A stretch of DNA of 63,507 nt, counting the filler, from Octopus bimaculoides (taxonomy: Eukaryota): the NCBI RefSeq assembly GCF_001194135.2. It is 8 parts of 8 records of this genome, joined end to end, with 100 filler letters (N's around TTAATTAATTAA, not from the genome) between each part and the next. Parts side by side here need not be neighbours in the genome. Positions count along the whole stretch, not along the records: positions 17,077 to 26,800 come from NC_069003.1; positions 26,901 to 31,251 come from NC_068988.1; positions 31,352 to 39,362 come from NC_068998.1; 5 more parts are not named here. One strand, written 5' to 3'. Below the pieces are notes generated by a model. It saw only the letters and a list, made by a program, of their open reading frames with translations, did not search any database and had not been told where the DNA came from. A program made the position numbers and the translations under genes. Position 1 is the stretch's first letter, and every line of letters starts with the position of its first letter. Shown here one piece after another: positions 22,594 through 35,204 of this stretch.

Positions 22594-24114
22594 AACCACG
22601 CTGATAGCTTAGGAGTGAAATTTAGGATTTCTCGGTTTTCTGTGAATTGATTTTGATAAAACTTCTCCTATCTGGTTTGCACACTATGGCAACGCCATTG
22701 TTATGTTTTCATTATTCTGTGTAACGTCCTTTCTTTTTTATTTCAGATTCTCCTGTTCTTGCTAATAATGTCTCTCCTCTCTGAGAACAATGGGATGCGG
22801 AAAAGGCCTTAACAATGAAGAAAAGTCTGTCATCATCAAGGAAAGTGCTAAAGGCACCTCTCTTCATGTCATTGCGAAGAAGTTAGGTTGTCATGTGGAC
22901 ATGGTTAGACAATTCCTGAAGGACCCTTCGCCAAGGAAGAAACGATCTGATTGTGGGAACTCTAAAACTGTGACAGCTACAGATTTAAGGAATATTGGCT
23001 GCAAGTTATGTGGGAAATCTGGACAAACAAGCAAAGCCATTTCCACTGCCTCCAGACTTCCTCATGTACCAAAAACCACCAGAAATCGGATCCTTGGGAT
23101 CATGGCTTCCATACGAGAACCCCTGAAACTATCTCCTTTAACATCCCATCACAGGAGTTTGAGGCTTCAATGGGCCCAAAGTACATGATGTTAGACATGA
23201 GTTATGTTCTGTTCTCTGACGAAACCAGGGCAATCCTTGACAGACCTGATAGTTGGGTATATTTTGGAGATGAGCGTCACCAATATTTACAATGTCAACA
23301 ACAGGGTGGAGAGCAGAGGAGTTATGTGGTGAGCTAGTATCATTGGGAACAAACATGCTGGCTCAGCCAGGGTGCCTGAAGGGGGTTAAAGTGACCGTAG
23401 TTGTCTACAGCAATCTCCTGAAGGAGATCTTGGATATCTGGCTAGATGACATACTGCTGTCACTTCTAAGGAATCTTGTATTCATGAATGACAATGCTCC
23501 CTCCCACTCTGCTAGGACCACCCAAACATTACTAGGAGGGTCTTACGGCATACAAGGTGAAAAGTTGATGGTGTGGCCACCAGCATCCCTGGATCTCAAC
23601 CCTATTGAAAATTTTTGGTCCATCATTAAACAAGATGTTTATGTCAATGGATGCCAATCGAAAAGCTGTCTCATGGGTGACCATCAAAGATGCAGCAGAG
23701 GCAGTCCAACCTGCTACTGTTAAGAAATTGGCAGATTCCATGACTAATAGGGTTTTTGAAGTTATCCATCAAAATGGCACTCATATGGCTAAATAATTCA
23801 TCATGTCAATAAATGTTATAATATTATTATGGTTTTCTGTGAAATATATACTCAATGTATGCTTAATATGTATCATTACCCTTCATTTTCTGAAAAAAAT
23901 GTCTAGATGGGCTATTTTCATTCAAAAGCTACTGGTGTGGTTCACCCAAAAACTGAAGAATCTGAAATAAAAAGGAAAGGACGTTACACAGAATAATAAA
24001 AACATAACAATGATGTTGCCATAGGGTGCAAACCAGCTGCGAAAAGTTTCATCAAAACCAATTCACAGAAAACAGAGAATTCCTAAATTTCACTCCTAAG
24101 CTATTAGCATGGTG
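22594..24114 (+). mobile_element. full-length decayed Tc1-superfamily transposon, TRT (DD37E)-like, ~158-bp TIRs
   Basis: TIRs 22594-22751 and 23957-24114; frameshifted transposase 22790-23793 with LFSDETR, FMNDNAPSH, WPPASLDLNPIENFW; TA on right flank. Confidence 0.9.
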
Positions 24115-24340
24115 TATATATATCTGTTTGTTTGTTCCCCCTCTACCACTTGACAACTGGTGTTGGTGTGTTTACATCCCTCTAACTCAGTGGTTTGGCA
24201 AAAGAGAGCAATAGAATAAGTACGAGGCTTAAAACAAAAAAAGTACTGGGGAGTTGATTCATTTGACTAAAAATCCTTCAAGGTGGTACCCCAGAGTGGT
24301 CACAGTCTAATGACTAAAACAAATAAAAGATAAAAAGATA
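24115..24340 (+). mobile_element. SINE family B, 3' half
   Basis: (TA)n then CCACTTGACAACTGGTGTTGGTGTGTTTAC..GACTAAAACAAATAAAAGATAA. Confidence 0.8.
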
Positions 24341-24503
24341 ATCCAATATAATCCTAATTTAAACCATCTTAAATAAATCTATTATCTTTTACTTGTTTCA
24401 ATCATTGGACTGCATGTCATACAGGGCCACTACCTTGAAGGGGTTTAGCCAAACCAATCAACTCTAGCACTTATATTTTAGGCCTGGTACTTATCCATAT
24501 ATA

Positions 24504-25388
24504 CAAGATAGTATCAAAAAGTTCCTGGATTAGTTCTGTAGCTTGCCAACAGATGACAGCACATGGTTGCGTGTGCAGTGAGAGCTAGCAGTGACCTTTA
24601 TGAGGCAGTGTGCCAAGTGACATCGCTGTGTTTATTTCGCAAGTTGTGAGATTTGTGTTTTTGTGATCACTTCATGCTGTAGTCTGTGATTTTGTCATGG
24701 GTAGGAAGTTGGAACAAAGAGCCAACATGAAGTTTTGCATTAAACTTAGGAAGTCTGCTAGAGACATTGAGCACACTTTGGCAAGCTTACAGAGACAACA
24801 CAATGTTTCAAGAGGCATGAGTTCTTTAAAAGTGGAAGAACGTCCTTGAAAGATAATGAGCAATCTGGAAGACCTACCATAAGTGTCATCTCTGGAAATG
24901 TGGTATTGTGCAAAGAATATTCAACTCCCAGGCCTAGACCATCGGCTGAAAGTTCTACTGTGACACTTTGAAGTGTTTGAAGGAGGATGTTTGGCAAAAG
25001 TGACTGGATTTGTAGAGTGCTCAGAAATGGATTCTTTACAATGACAATACATCCTGTCACCAAGCTCTCCTCATTCACGAGTTTCTCACCAAAAACATTA
25101 TGGTATCACTTCTGCATACATCCTATTTGTCCTCTTCACCGAGATGAAAATGCAGCTCAAACATCGCTGTTTTAACACTGTTGTCAAGATCAAGAATGAA
25201 TCACAGAAGGTCCTTGACTCGCATATAGAAAATGACCTCCAGGCCAGATTCCAAAGAGGGCAAGAACACTGGGGCCGGTGTATTGCTGCACAAGGTGACT
25301 ATTTCGAAGGAAATGATGTTAAAACTTAGGTAAATAGGTTATTTTTTATTAACCATAGCTAATCCGGGAACTTTTTGATACCACCTCA
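24504..25388 (+). mobile_element. internally deleted mariner, 885 bp, both TIRs and TA TSD
   Basis: TIRs CAAGATAGTATCAAAAAGTTCCTGGATTAG and CTAATCCGGGAACTTTTTGATACCACCTCA; MGRKLEQRANMKFCIKL start, WGRCIAAQGDYFEG end. Confidence 0.85.
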
Positions 25389-25410
25389 TAGTATCATTCT
25401 TCATAAAACT

Positions 25411-25734
25411 GGTACTCCATTGGTTATGACGATGAGGGTTCCAGTTCGTCCCATCAAACAGAACAGCCTGCTTGTGGAATTAACATGTGAGTGGCTGAGC
25501 ACTCCACAGACACGTGTACTCTTAACGTAGTTTTCAGGGAGATTCAGCAAAACACAGAATGTGACAAGGCCGGCCCTTTGAAATACAGGTACGACTCATT
25601 TTTGCCAGCTGAGTGGACTTGAGTAATGTGAAATAAAGTGTCTTGCTCAGAGACATAACACATTGCCAGGAACTGAACTCATGACCAAATGGTTGTCAGC
25701 TGAACACTCTAACCACTCAGCCATGTGCCTTCAC
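25411..25734 (-). mobile_element. tRNA-headed SINE: CORE-like centre + tail type 1
   Basis: Minus: head, GAGCAAGACACTTTATTTCAC..CACTCAGCTGGCAAAAATGAG, then TTCAAAGGGCCGGCCTTGTCAC..CATCGTCATAACC. Confidence 0.8.
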
Positions 25735-26152
25735 TATCATTCTGTAGTAGGACTTGTTAGAATCCAAGTATTTCAATATTCAGCACACCAAGGAACAGTT
25801 GGGTAGTGGGTTCTTGTCTTGCTAAAGACTTAGTAAGAAGGTCAAGTCAATTATGTTACAGGGGATGTGAACAAACCAACACCGGTAACAAGTGGGGTTG
25901 GGGATACAGATACAAGCACAAAGACACGCATGCATGCACACACACATATATCTTTCAACTTTCGTTTCAGTCATTAGACTGTGGCCATGCAGGAATTTTT
26001 TAGTCAAATGAACCAACGCCGGTACTTGTTTTTTTAAAGCTTGGTACCTATTCTATGGGGACGTAAATACACTTGACACCAGTTGCCAAGCAGTGGTGAG
26101 GAGACACACTCATAGAAACATATATACATACATATATATTTATATATATGTA

Positions 26153-26194
<42 letters not shown>

Positions 26195-26639
26195 CAGAGA
26201 GAGAGAGAGTGTGTGTGATTGAAGTGGCATACAGATATTGTAGATTAAGAAGAAAGAGGCAGCTGGAATTCTGGAGAGTTCTTTATTAATGCTTCGTTTG
26301 TTCAATTAAACTTCTCAATAATAATGCACAAAACATTTCTTCAGCATTATATATAAACTTGAAAACAGGATTTTGTTTTGTTCTGCTTAAAAGAGGAGAA
26401 TGAGGGAAATAGGGGTGGGTGGGATAAAGAGTGAGGAATACAGAGACAGGAAAAGAAATCATATATCTTGGGATGGTCTTTGACTTATTATTTGTGTCTT
26501 TTGGTTTTAAATTGTCTACCCACTTTAATAATTATATATATATATATATACACACACACACATATATATATACGTATATATACACACACATACATATACA
26601 CATATATATATACGCATGTACACACACATTTACACATAT

Positions 26640-26686
<47 letters not shown>

Positions 26687-26900
26687 TATACATATATACA
26701 CACACATACATATATACACATACACACACACATACATATATACACATACACACACACATATATATACATATATATATATATGTATGTATATATATATATA
26801 NNNNNNNNNNNNNNNNNNNNNNNNNNNNNNNNNNNNNNNNNNNNTTAATTAATTAANNNNNNNNNNNNNNNNNNNNNNNNNNNNNNNNNNNNNNNNNNNN

Positions 26901-26934
<34 letters not shown>

Positions 26935-27134
26935 ACAACGGGCTTCTTTTAGTTTACGTTAATCAAATCCACTTACAAAGCTTTGGTCGGCCCAGGGCCA
27001 GAGTAGAAGACACTTTCCTAAGGTGCCACGCAGGAGACTGAACCCGGAACCATGTCGTTAGTATCACAAAGCCACGGCTGCGCCTATATATATATATATA
27101 TACTGTGGTTTTCGATTATGAATAAATAAAAAAG

Positions 27135-27326
27135 TACACAATAAGTACAGGACATCAACAACGAGTGAAAAATACGTAAACACGCAAGAGATAATTATAG
27201 GACAAATTACCACTCGTTGCTGATGTCCTGTGCTAATTGTGTATGTTTTGGCATTTTGTCCTGTACTTATCTCTCGTGTGTTTACGTATTTTTCACTTGT
27301 TGGTGATGTCCTGTACTTAATGTGTA
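27135..27326. repeat. inverted repeat, ~72-bp arms, with a third partial copy in the spacer
   Basis: 27135-27206 vs reverse complement of 27255-27326. Confidence 0.85.
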
Positions 27327-27424
27327 TTATACATATATAACATACACACATATATGTATATACACATGCATAAAGGTATGCATGCATATATACATAAAAA
27401 TGTATATATCAATATATGAGTGTG

Positions 27425-27535
<111 letters not shown>

Positions 27536-28127
27536 GCACACATACANNNNNNNNNNNNNNNNNNNNNNNNNNNNNNNNNNNNNNNNNNNNNNNNNNNNNN
27601 NNNNNNNNNNNNNNNNNNNNNNNNNNNNNNNNNNNNNNNNNNNNNNNNNNNNNNNNNNNNNNNNNNNNNNNNNNNNNNNNNNNNNNNNNNNNNNNNNNNN
27701 NNNNNNNNNNNNNNNNNNNNNNNNNNNNNNNNNNNNNNNNNNNNNNNNNNNNNNNNNNNNNNNNNNNNNNNNNNNNNNNNNNNNNNNNNNNNNNNNNNNN
27801 NNNNNNNNNNNNNNNNNNNNNNNNNNNNNNNNNNNNNNNNNNNNNNNNNNNNNNNNNNNNNNNNNNNNNNNNNNNNNNNNNNNNNNNNNNNNNNNNNNNN
27901 NNNNNNNNNNNNNNNNNNNNNNNNNNNNNNNNNNNNNNNNNNNNNNNNNNNNNNNNNNNNNNNNNNNNNNNNNNNNNNNNNNNNNNNNNNNNNNNNNNNN
28001 NNNNNNNNNNNNNNNNNNNNNNNNNNNNNNNNNNNNNNNNNNNNNNNNNNNNNNNNNNNNNNNNNNNNNNNNNNNNNNNNNNNNNNNNNNNNNNNNNNNN
28101 NNNNNNNNNNNNNNNNNNNNNNNNNNN

Positions 28128-28474
28128 TCATAGGATCGCGGTTTCGATTCCCAGACCGGGCGTTGTGAGTGCTTATTGAGCGAAAACACCTATAGCTCCA
28201 CAAGGCTCCGGCAGGGGATGGTGGCAAACCCTGCTGTACTCTTTCACCACAACTTTCTCTCACTCTTACTTCCTGTTTCTGTTGTGCCTGTAATTCAAAG
28301 GGTCAGCCTTGTCACACTGTGTCACGCTGAATATCCCCGATAACTACGTTAAGGGTACACGTGTCTGTAGAGTGCTCAGCCACGTGCATGTTAATTTCAT
28401 GAGCAGGCTGTTCCGTTGATCGGATCAACTGGAAACCTCGACGTCGTAACCGACGGAGTGCCAACAACAACAAC
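28128..28474 (+). mobile_element. tRNA-headed SINE: non-CORE centre + tail type 1
   Basis: CTCCACAAGGCTCCGGCAGGGG centre, then AAAGGGTCAGCCTTGTCAC..CGTAACCGACGGAGTGCC(AAC)n. Confidence 0.8.
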
Positions 28475-28976
28475 ATTCGAATCTGAAAAAAATGCAAATG
28501 CCCGTCTTTACAATTGTGTCCATTTGTTGAATTGTTACATGATAGCGTTGAATAAATTTTCGACAATGGAAACTGTTTGGAAATCATAAGGTAGAAAGGA
28601 TTGATAAATCACATATCATTACTACTAGAGTGAGACGGACTTTAAACACACCCCACTTCTCTCAGATTTTCGATAGCAAATACGACCGTGTGATGCATAC
28701 TACTGAGCCAGTAATGGGCAAGAGAAAAAGACTGCGTAAATAAATCGCAATTGTAATAACTGGGAATGCTACAACAGAGAGCAAAAACCCATAAACGATC
28801 AACGAATATCAAGACAGACATATTGCCCTAAAGATGATAGACATAAAAGTCTATAATACTAGCAGAAATGAGGTCTCTTTGAATAACTGTTGTCTTATAT
28901 ATTAAAGAAGAGTTTAACTGCATTAGAAATAAAAATTGTGACAGTATCATACAGCTAAAGTACAACACACCCACAT

Positions 28977-29021
<45 letters not shown>

Positions 29022-29073
29022 TACACACATATACACACGTACAGAAAGATATGCATTTATCTTTCTGTATGTG

Positions 29074-29121
<48 letters not shown>

Positions 29122-29161
29122 TGCGCGCGTGCGCGCGTGCTTGTGTGTGTGTGTGCGTACT

Positions 29162-29196
<35 letters not shown>

Positions 29197-29235
29197 GGTG
29201 GTGGTGATGGTAGTAATAGTAGCAGCAGCAGTACC

Positions 29236-29290
<55 letters not shown>

Positions 29291-29304
29291 ATTTTTTCAT
29301 CTAT

Positions 29305-29504
29305 AGGCAGAAGGTTTGAAATCTAGGATGGGGACTAGTCGATTACATAGACCTCAGTGTTTCACTGGTATTTGATTTATCTACCCCGAAAAGATGAAAG
29401 GCAAAATCGACCTCGGTAGAATTTTAACTCAGAATGTAAGGGCGGACCAAATGCCGCTAAGCATTTTTCCCGGCGTGTTTAACGATTCTCCCAGCTCACC
29501 GCCT
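29305..29504 (-). mobile_element. SINE family A
   Basis: Reverse complement of consensus, next to (AAT)n. Confidence 0.85.
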
Positions 29505-29506
29505 TT

Positions 29507-29563
<57 letters not shown>

Positions 29564-30407
29564 GCTGCAACTTATTGCTCAAGAAAATAAAATAGATTGA
29601 AATAGTAAACGCCATCTATTTTTGTCTTAGAGGTGAAAGGGCACTACTTATGACGTTTCCAGGGCCCCTGGCTCAAGTAAAGGGAAGGAAAGAACCGATC
29701 CCAATATCGGAAACCGAGTACAAACGTTTTCAATAGAGGGACTTCTATAAAAGTGCTCAAAAGTCGGGCGGTATTATTAAATCGAGTAAGGAATTTATTC
29801 AACCACCCAAAAGCAGTAAGCTCCTTCTGATGGGCTTTTCCAGAGATCTCATTTACCATATTTCATTCACAGTGCATTATTCTATCAGAGACTCTGTTAG
29901 TGGACACTAGACCAAGATATCAGTACAGAGTCAAACTCGAGTCATGTGAAGCGAAATTCTTAACCATACAGCCAGGCCGAGCTTATGCTGTGCTTTAACA
30001 AATGCCAGTTTTGTGGGTGGCCCTGAAACTGGCTTACTACGGTTAGAATGATAAATGTCTCTATGACAGAATACATTCTAATCTCGATTGTAACCTGCGA
30101 CAAAAGAATTGATTTCACGTTCGTATGCTAATATCCAAAGACCGCCCAAGAACCTAATATGTTATATATGTTAAAGAACACAGAGGGAAGCCTATTATAT
30201 AGTAATTGGCGCTCCCTTTTATAATTAACTTCTAACCTAATGACGTAAACTCCATCAAGCAAAATAATAATAATAATAATAAAATCTATAGTAACAATAA
30301 TAGCTATGATTTCTTTTGTTAGCACAAGGGCATGGTAGGGGTACACTACAAGGACAACATACAAAACACGTTGGTCGGGCTACATTAAATATGATAGGAA
30401 GACGACA

Positions 30408-30459
<52 letters not shown>

Positions 30460-31439
30460 TTGAGATATCACACATAATAGTAAATCAGCCATTATCAAAG
30501 GTCAAGGGCAAAAGGTCAGTGGCAATAGATTATCATGTTGCTTATAACGGTCCACCAATCCTTTTAATTACATTTCCCCGGCCCTTTAATTGGATTTCCT
30601 GTTCTTTTCAATCGTTTGATCATGATTCTCTTTCCGGTTCCAGAATAGTTTTTTTGCAATATTGCAAATGACTTTAACAACTGTGACATGAATAATTTTC
30701 TTACCCAGACCACCCAGCTACATAATACGGGCAAAAAACGGCCTGACGAATTAAATACAAGTGTTGGAAATACCTACCAGGTTGCGGTTAGTGTAATGAA
30801 ATCCACGGCGTATTTTGAGCTCGTTTTTCCTTAAAACATCCATTCCGCCGTGCCTTGAGGTCTTTAGAGAGAGGATATAGCCTGTGATTGACTAGCACCA
30901 TGCTCTAGGGCCATTGGTCCCATCGGGTCCATGCCATGTAAACTGATGCTATGGTAAATAACAAAACCTTTTTGAAAGCAAGTTTTCCCAGAGATTTACA
31001 AACATTTACATCTTTCGCGTTCTTTCAAGAGATGAAATTTAATCCTCTAGATCGGAAAGGGGAAAATTACAAGAATAAATAAATAATTAAATAATTAAAT
31101 AAATAATTAAATTTCATTAAATTTAGGTTTAGGCGCAGTTTTGTGGTAAAATTTTACTAAAACTCTTGATTATAGGTTCGATCAGGTTGTAGCTTTTTCT
31201 GATCTCTGGGCTGAAATTGGTATAAGGAAACTGTACAGAAGACCATATATANNNNNNNNNNNNNNNNNNNNNNNNNNNNNNNNNNNNNNNNNNNNTTAAT
31301 TAATTAANNNNNNNNNNNNNNNNNNNNNNNNNNNNNNNNNNNNNNNNNNNNATATATATATATATAATAATACAAATAATATGTGAGTATATGCATATAT
31401 GCGTACATGTATGTGCATACCTACATCTACATGTATATA

Positions 31440-32300
31440 TAGATGCATATCTGGGTACAGGATGTCACACAAAAAAAACGTAGACAGAATGAAAAACGAG
31501 AATATAAACAAAGCACGGAAAACAAACTTTTTTCGGACAACGGTAGGAACACACAGGAAAACAGACAAGCCACATAGAGAACATTTCCTTCATCAGCTGC
31601 CCCCATTCTGAACTAAGCGTTTCGAAGAGTTAGAGCAGGACGCATTGTTAGAATAGGTCTTCCCGCAAAGCAAATTAAAATAAAATTTGTGATGCGGAGG
31701 AATTAAGTGACAAACAGGAAACACAGGGAAAACGAAACAATGAGAACAAACATGAAGGGCTGTTAGGCCAGACGAGAAAAAAATATATACTGAACGTTAT
31801 GATTTGACGAACTGAGGGGAAGTTCGTGCTTGTTTGCATACATATATATTATATAACGAAACATGCTTCTCTTTGACTATTCTTTTCTCTTCTCTTTGGA
31901 CTTTTCCTTCTTGCCTCTTTCTGACGAAGCGCCATATCCGAATCGTCATTAAAATTCCTCTCAAATCATACCCCCCCCCCCACCGACTGTTTTAATGAAA
32001 TAAATTCTTAACAACTTGGATTTATCTCCCATTTTTTTTGGTCCTTGATAGTCACAAACAATTCTGCAAGAATATTTCTTTTGTTTGTTCATGTCGTAGA
32101 ATTTTAATCAACTGAAATGCTTTTTTGCCTGCGTAATTCTGGGTAACTTATTTCTTTTTTTCGATTTTCTGCTCACTGTTCTATATAAGACAAAGAAATC
32201 TATATATTGAATATCGAAGTAACATCATTCATCCAAACATTATTGAATTTCTCTGTTTGTTATTTGTATTATTGCTGAAAGTAAAATTTTAAAATGTCTA
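31440..32300. mobile_element. probable Penelope-like non-autonomous repeat
   Basis: TA-embedded, strand-asymmetric; CTGACGA..GAAT-CGTC hammerhead-like core at 31921-31947; boundaries approximate. Confidence 0.35.
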
Positions 32301-32824
32301 AATATCAAGCGAGTAGTTTGTTATAGGGGTATATACCTAGTTATTTATATATGTTCCTTTAGTCATAAAATATTATCGACAATACCCTTGCGAAAATGCA
32401 CAGTGTTTATAAAAGACAGACCAGCCGACACCTTTATTGTTTTTTATTAACATCGCGTTGTCATTTACAAGCTGTCACTCCAGTTCACATAGCCACATAC
32501 ACACACACACATATGCATACACCTCGTAAACATAATCACACCTTTAACACAATATCATATGGCGATGTACACACATATATGTAGAAAGACAGACAAACAT
32601 ACACAAACACACACATATACATTTATAGAAATGTATATCTGTCAATCGACATCGATCCTTATATTTCTGGAGCATCACAAACAATTTTGCTGCTAACTGA
32701 ACATGTCAAATGGTTGTCCGTAGTTTGTGACGCGTTTTCTTGATCGATTTTAGTGATAAAGGTTGATTATAAACAGGCCACAGCCAAGACATATGGCACG
32801 TAGCTTAGATTGTAGCAAAGATAC

Positions 32825-33214
32825 GCTGAGCGTAAGAGCATAGATGTATGCGATGTAACAGATATATCAAAATACATATACAAGATGTAATAAAGATATG
32901 AACATAATTATATATAAGGTGTAACGTAGATAACAACATAGATGTGCATGGTGTAACATAGATATCAGTATACATATATAAGATGTAACAGAGATATCAA
33001 CATAGATCTGTAAGGTGTAACGTATATAACAGCATAGATATATAAGGTGTAACAAAGCTAAAAGGATAGGCATATATAAGATGCATGAGATGCCAAGATA
33101 CACACGGACGCGTACGCACATATGTAAACTTTAATAGAGACAACAGCATAGATATATATATAATATATAACTGGCACGACAACATAGATGTTTAAGATGT
33201 AACCGAAATATTAT
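32825..33214. repeat. degenerate ~32-bp minisatellite, about 11 units
   Basis: Recurrent (G/A)ATGTAACAGAGATATCAACATAGATATATAA-like units. Confidence 0.75.
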
Positions 33215-33427
33215 TTTCTACTCTAGGCACAAGGCCCTAAATTTTTGGGGAGGGGGCCAATCGATTAGATCGACCCCAGCACGCAACTGGTACTTAATTT
33301 GTCGACCCCGAAAGGATGAAAAGCAAAGTCGATCTCGGCGGAATTTGAACTCGGAACATTAACGGCAGACGAAATACCGCTAAGCATTTCGCCCGGCGTG
33401 CTAACGTTTCTGCCAGCTCGCCGCCTT
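33215..33427 (-). mobile_element. young SINE family A with 19-bp TSD
   Basis: Flanks GATGTAACCGAAATATTAT (33196-33214) and GATGTAACAGAAATATTAT (33428-33446). Confidence 0.9.
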
Positions 33428-33529
33428 GATGTAACAGAAATATTATAACAGAACTTTGCCTTTCATCCTTTCGGGGTTGATGAATTAAGAACCAGTTGCC
33501 TACTGGGGTCGATCTAATCTGCATGGTGT

Positions 33530-33640
33530 TTAGGTGTTTCGTTCATAAACACACACATCGCCCGGTCTGAGATTCGAATCCGCGATCCCTCGACTGCGAG
33601 TCCGTTGCTTTAACAACTAGGCCATATGCTTCCACATGTA
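33530..33640 (-). mobile_element. tRNA-derived SINE head fragment
   Basis: Minus: GTGGAAGCATATGGCCTAGTTGTTAAAG..GGATTCGAATCTCAGACCGGGCG. Confidence 0.65.
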
Positions 33641-34655
33641 TATGTATACGTCACCCAAATTTACCTCATATCATTCCATCATTCCCTAGAGTCTTAAACT
33701 CGGAAGGATCAGCTGGATGCATATTGTCCGAGAAAAGGGGGAGATGGTCACTACTGGCATGTCTTTGATCGTAGACCACAAGAGCAGCTACTACAACAAA
33801 TTCGAAACTTGTACTTCTAAGTTGTTTGGCTTTAGGTCAAACAACTATGATCATGCATCGGCTCTTTTCCTACGTGTGGTAAACCTAGGACCGCATTATC
33901 GAGTGTGTCCTGTCCTGAGAGATCTGAGAGAGTAATTTGACTGCTGTTTCTAGCACGACCAACAACCGCATAAAAACACTTTGCGCAATAGTGATGAAGA
34001 TGGTGGTGGTGACTGCAACTATGGCACCGGTGCTGGTGGTGGTGACGGCAGCGGTGGTGGTGGTGGTGGTGGTGGTGGTGGTAGTGGTGGTGGTGGTGGT
34101 GNNNNNNNNNNNNNNNNNNNNNNNNNNNNNNNNNNNNNNNNNNNNNNNNNNNNNNNNNNNNNNNNNNNNNNNNNNNNNNNNNNNNNNNNNNNNNNNNNNN
34201 NNNNNNNNNNNNNNNNNNNNNNNNNNNNNNNNNNNNNNNNNNNNNNNNNNNNNNNNNNNNNNNNNNNNNNNNNNNNNNNNNNNNNNNNNNNNNNNNNNNN
34301 NNNNNNNNNNNNNNNNNNNNNNNNNNNNNNNNNNNNNNNNNNNNNNNNNNNNNNNNNNNNNNNNNNNNNNNNNNNNNNNNNNNNNNNNNNNNNNNNNNNN
34401 NNNNNNNNNNNNNNNNNNNNNNNNNNNNNNNNNNNNNNNNNNNNNNNNNNNNNNNNNNNNNNNNNNNNNNNNNNNNNNNNNNNNNNNNNNNNNNNNNNNN
34501 NNNNNNNNNNNNNNNNNNNNNNNNNNNNNNNNNNNNNNNNNNNNNNNNNNNNNNNNNNNNNNNNNNNNNNNNNNNNNNNNNNNNNNNNNNNNNNNNNNNN
34601 NNNNNNNNNNNNNNNNNNNNNNNNNNNNNNNNNNNNNNNNNNNNNNNNNNNNNNN

Positions 34656-34697
<42 letters not shown>

Positions 34698-34881
34698 TAT
34701 ATGATATATATATATATAATAATATAATACATGTTTATATGCTATATGATACATATATATACACACACACATATCTATACATACATACATACATACATGC
34801 ATACACACATATACATATATAGTCACAGTTTGCATAAGAAATAACCACGACGACGACAACGACGAACGCCACCGCCACCAC

Positions 34882-34949
<68 letters not shown>

Positions 34950-34963
34950 TTATTACTATTATT

Positions 34964-35165
34964 AAGGCGATGAGCTGGCAGAATCGTTACCGCGCCGGGC
35001 AAAAAAAACTTAGCGTTCTGAGTTCAAATTCCGCCGAGGTTCACTTTGCCTTTCATCATTCCAAGGTTGACAATTTAAGTACCAGTGAAACTCTGGGGTC
35101 GATGTAATGGACTTAATCCCTCCCCCCCCCAAAAAAAATTTGAGGGGTTGTGCTTTCATTAGGGA
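34964..35165 (+). mobile_element. SINE family A
   Basis: GGCGATGAGCTGGCAGAATCGTTAC.. consensus after (ATT)n. Confidence 0.85.
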
Positions 35166-35204
35166 GAATTGTCATCATCATTCTTCTTCTTCTTCTTCTT
35201 CTTC

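Noticed and set aside
28666-28735. Possible 70-nt exon (IFDSKYDRVMHTTEPVMGKRKRL)
   Set aside because: Good acceptor but weak donor, no homology, no compatible neighbour; chance matches expected
33700-33960. Possible RTE 3' remnant (SFPTCGK)
   Set aside because: Too degenerate to call
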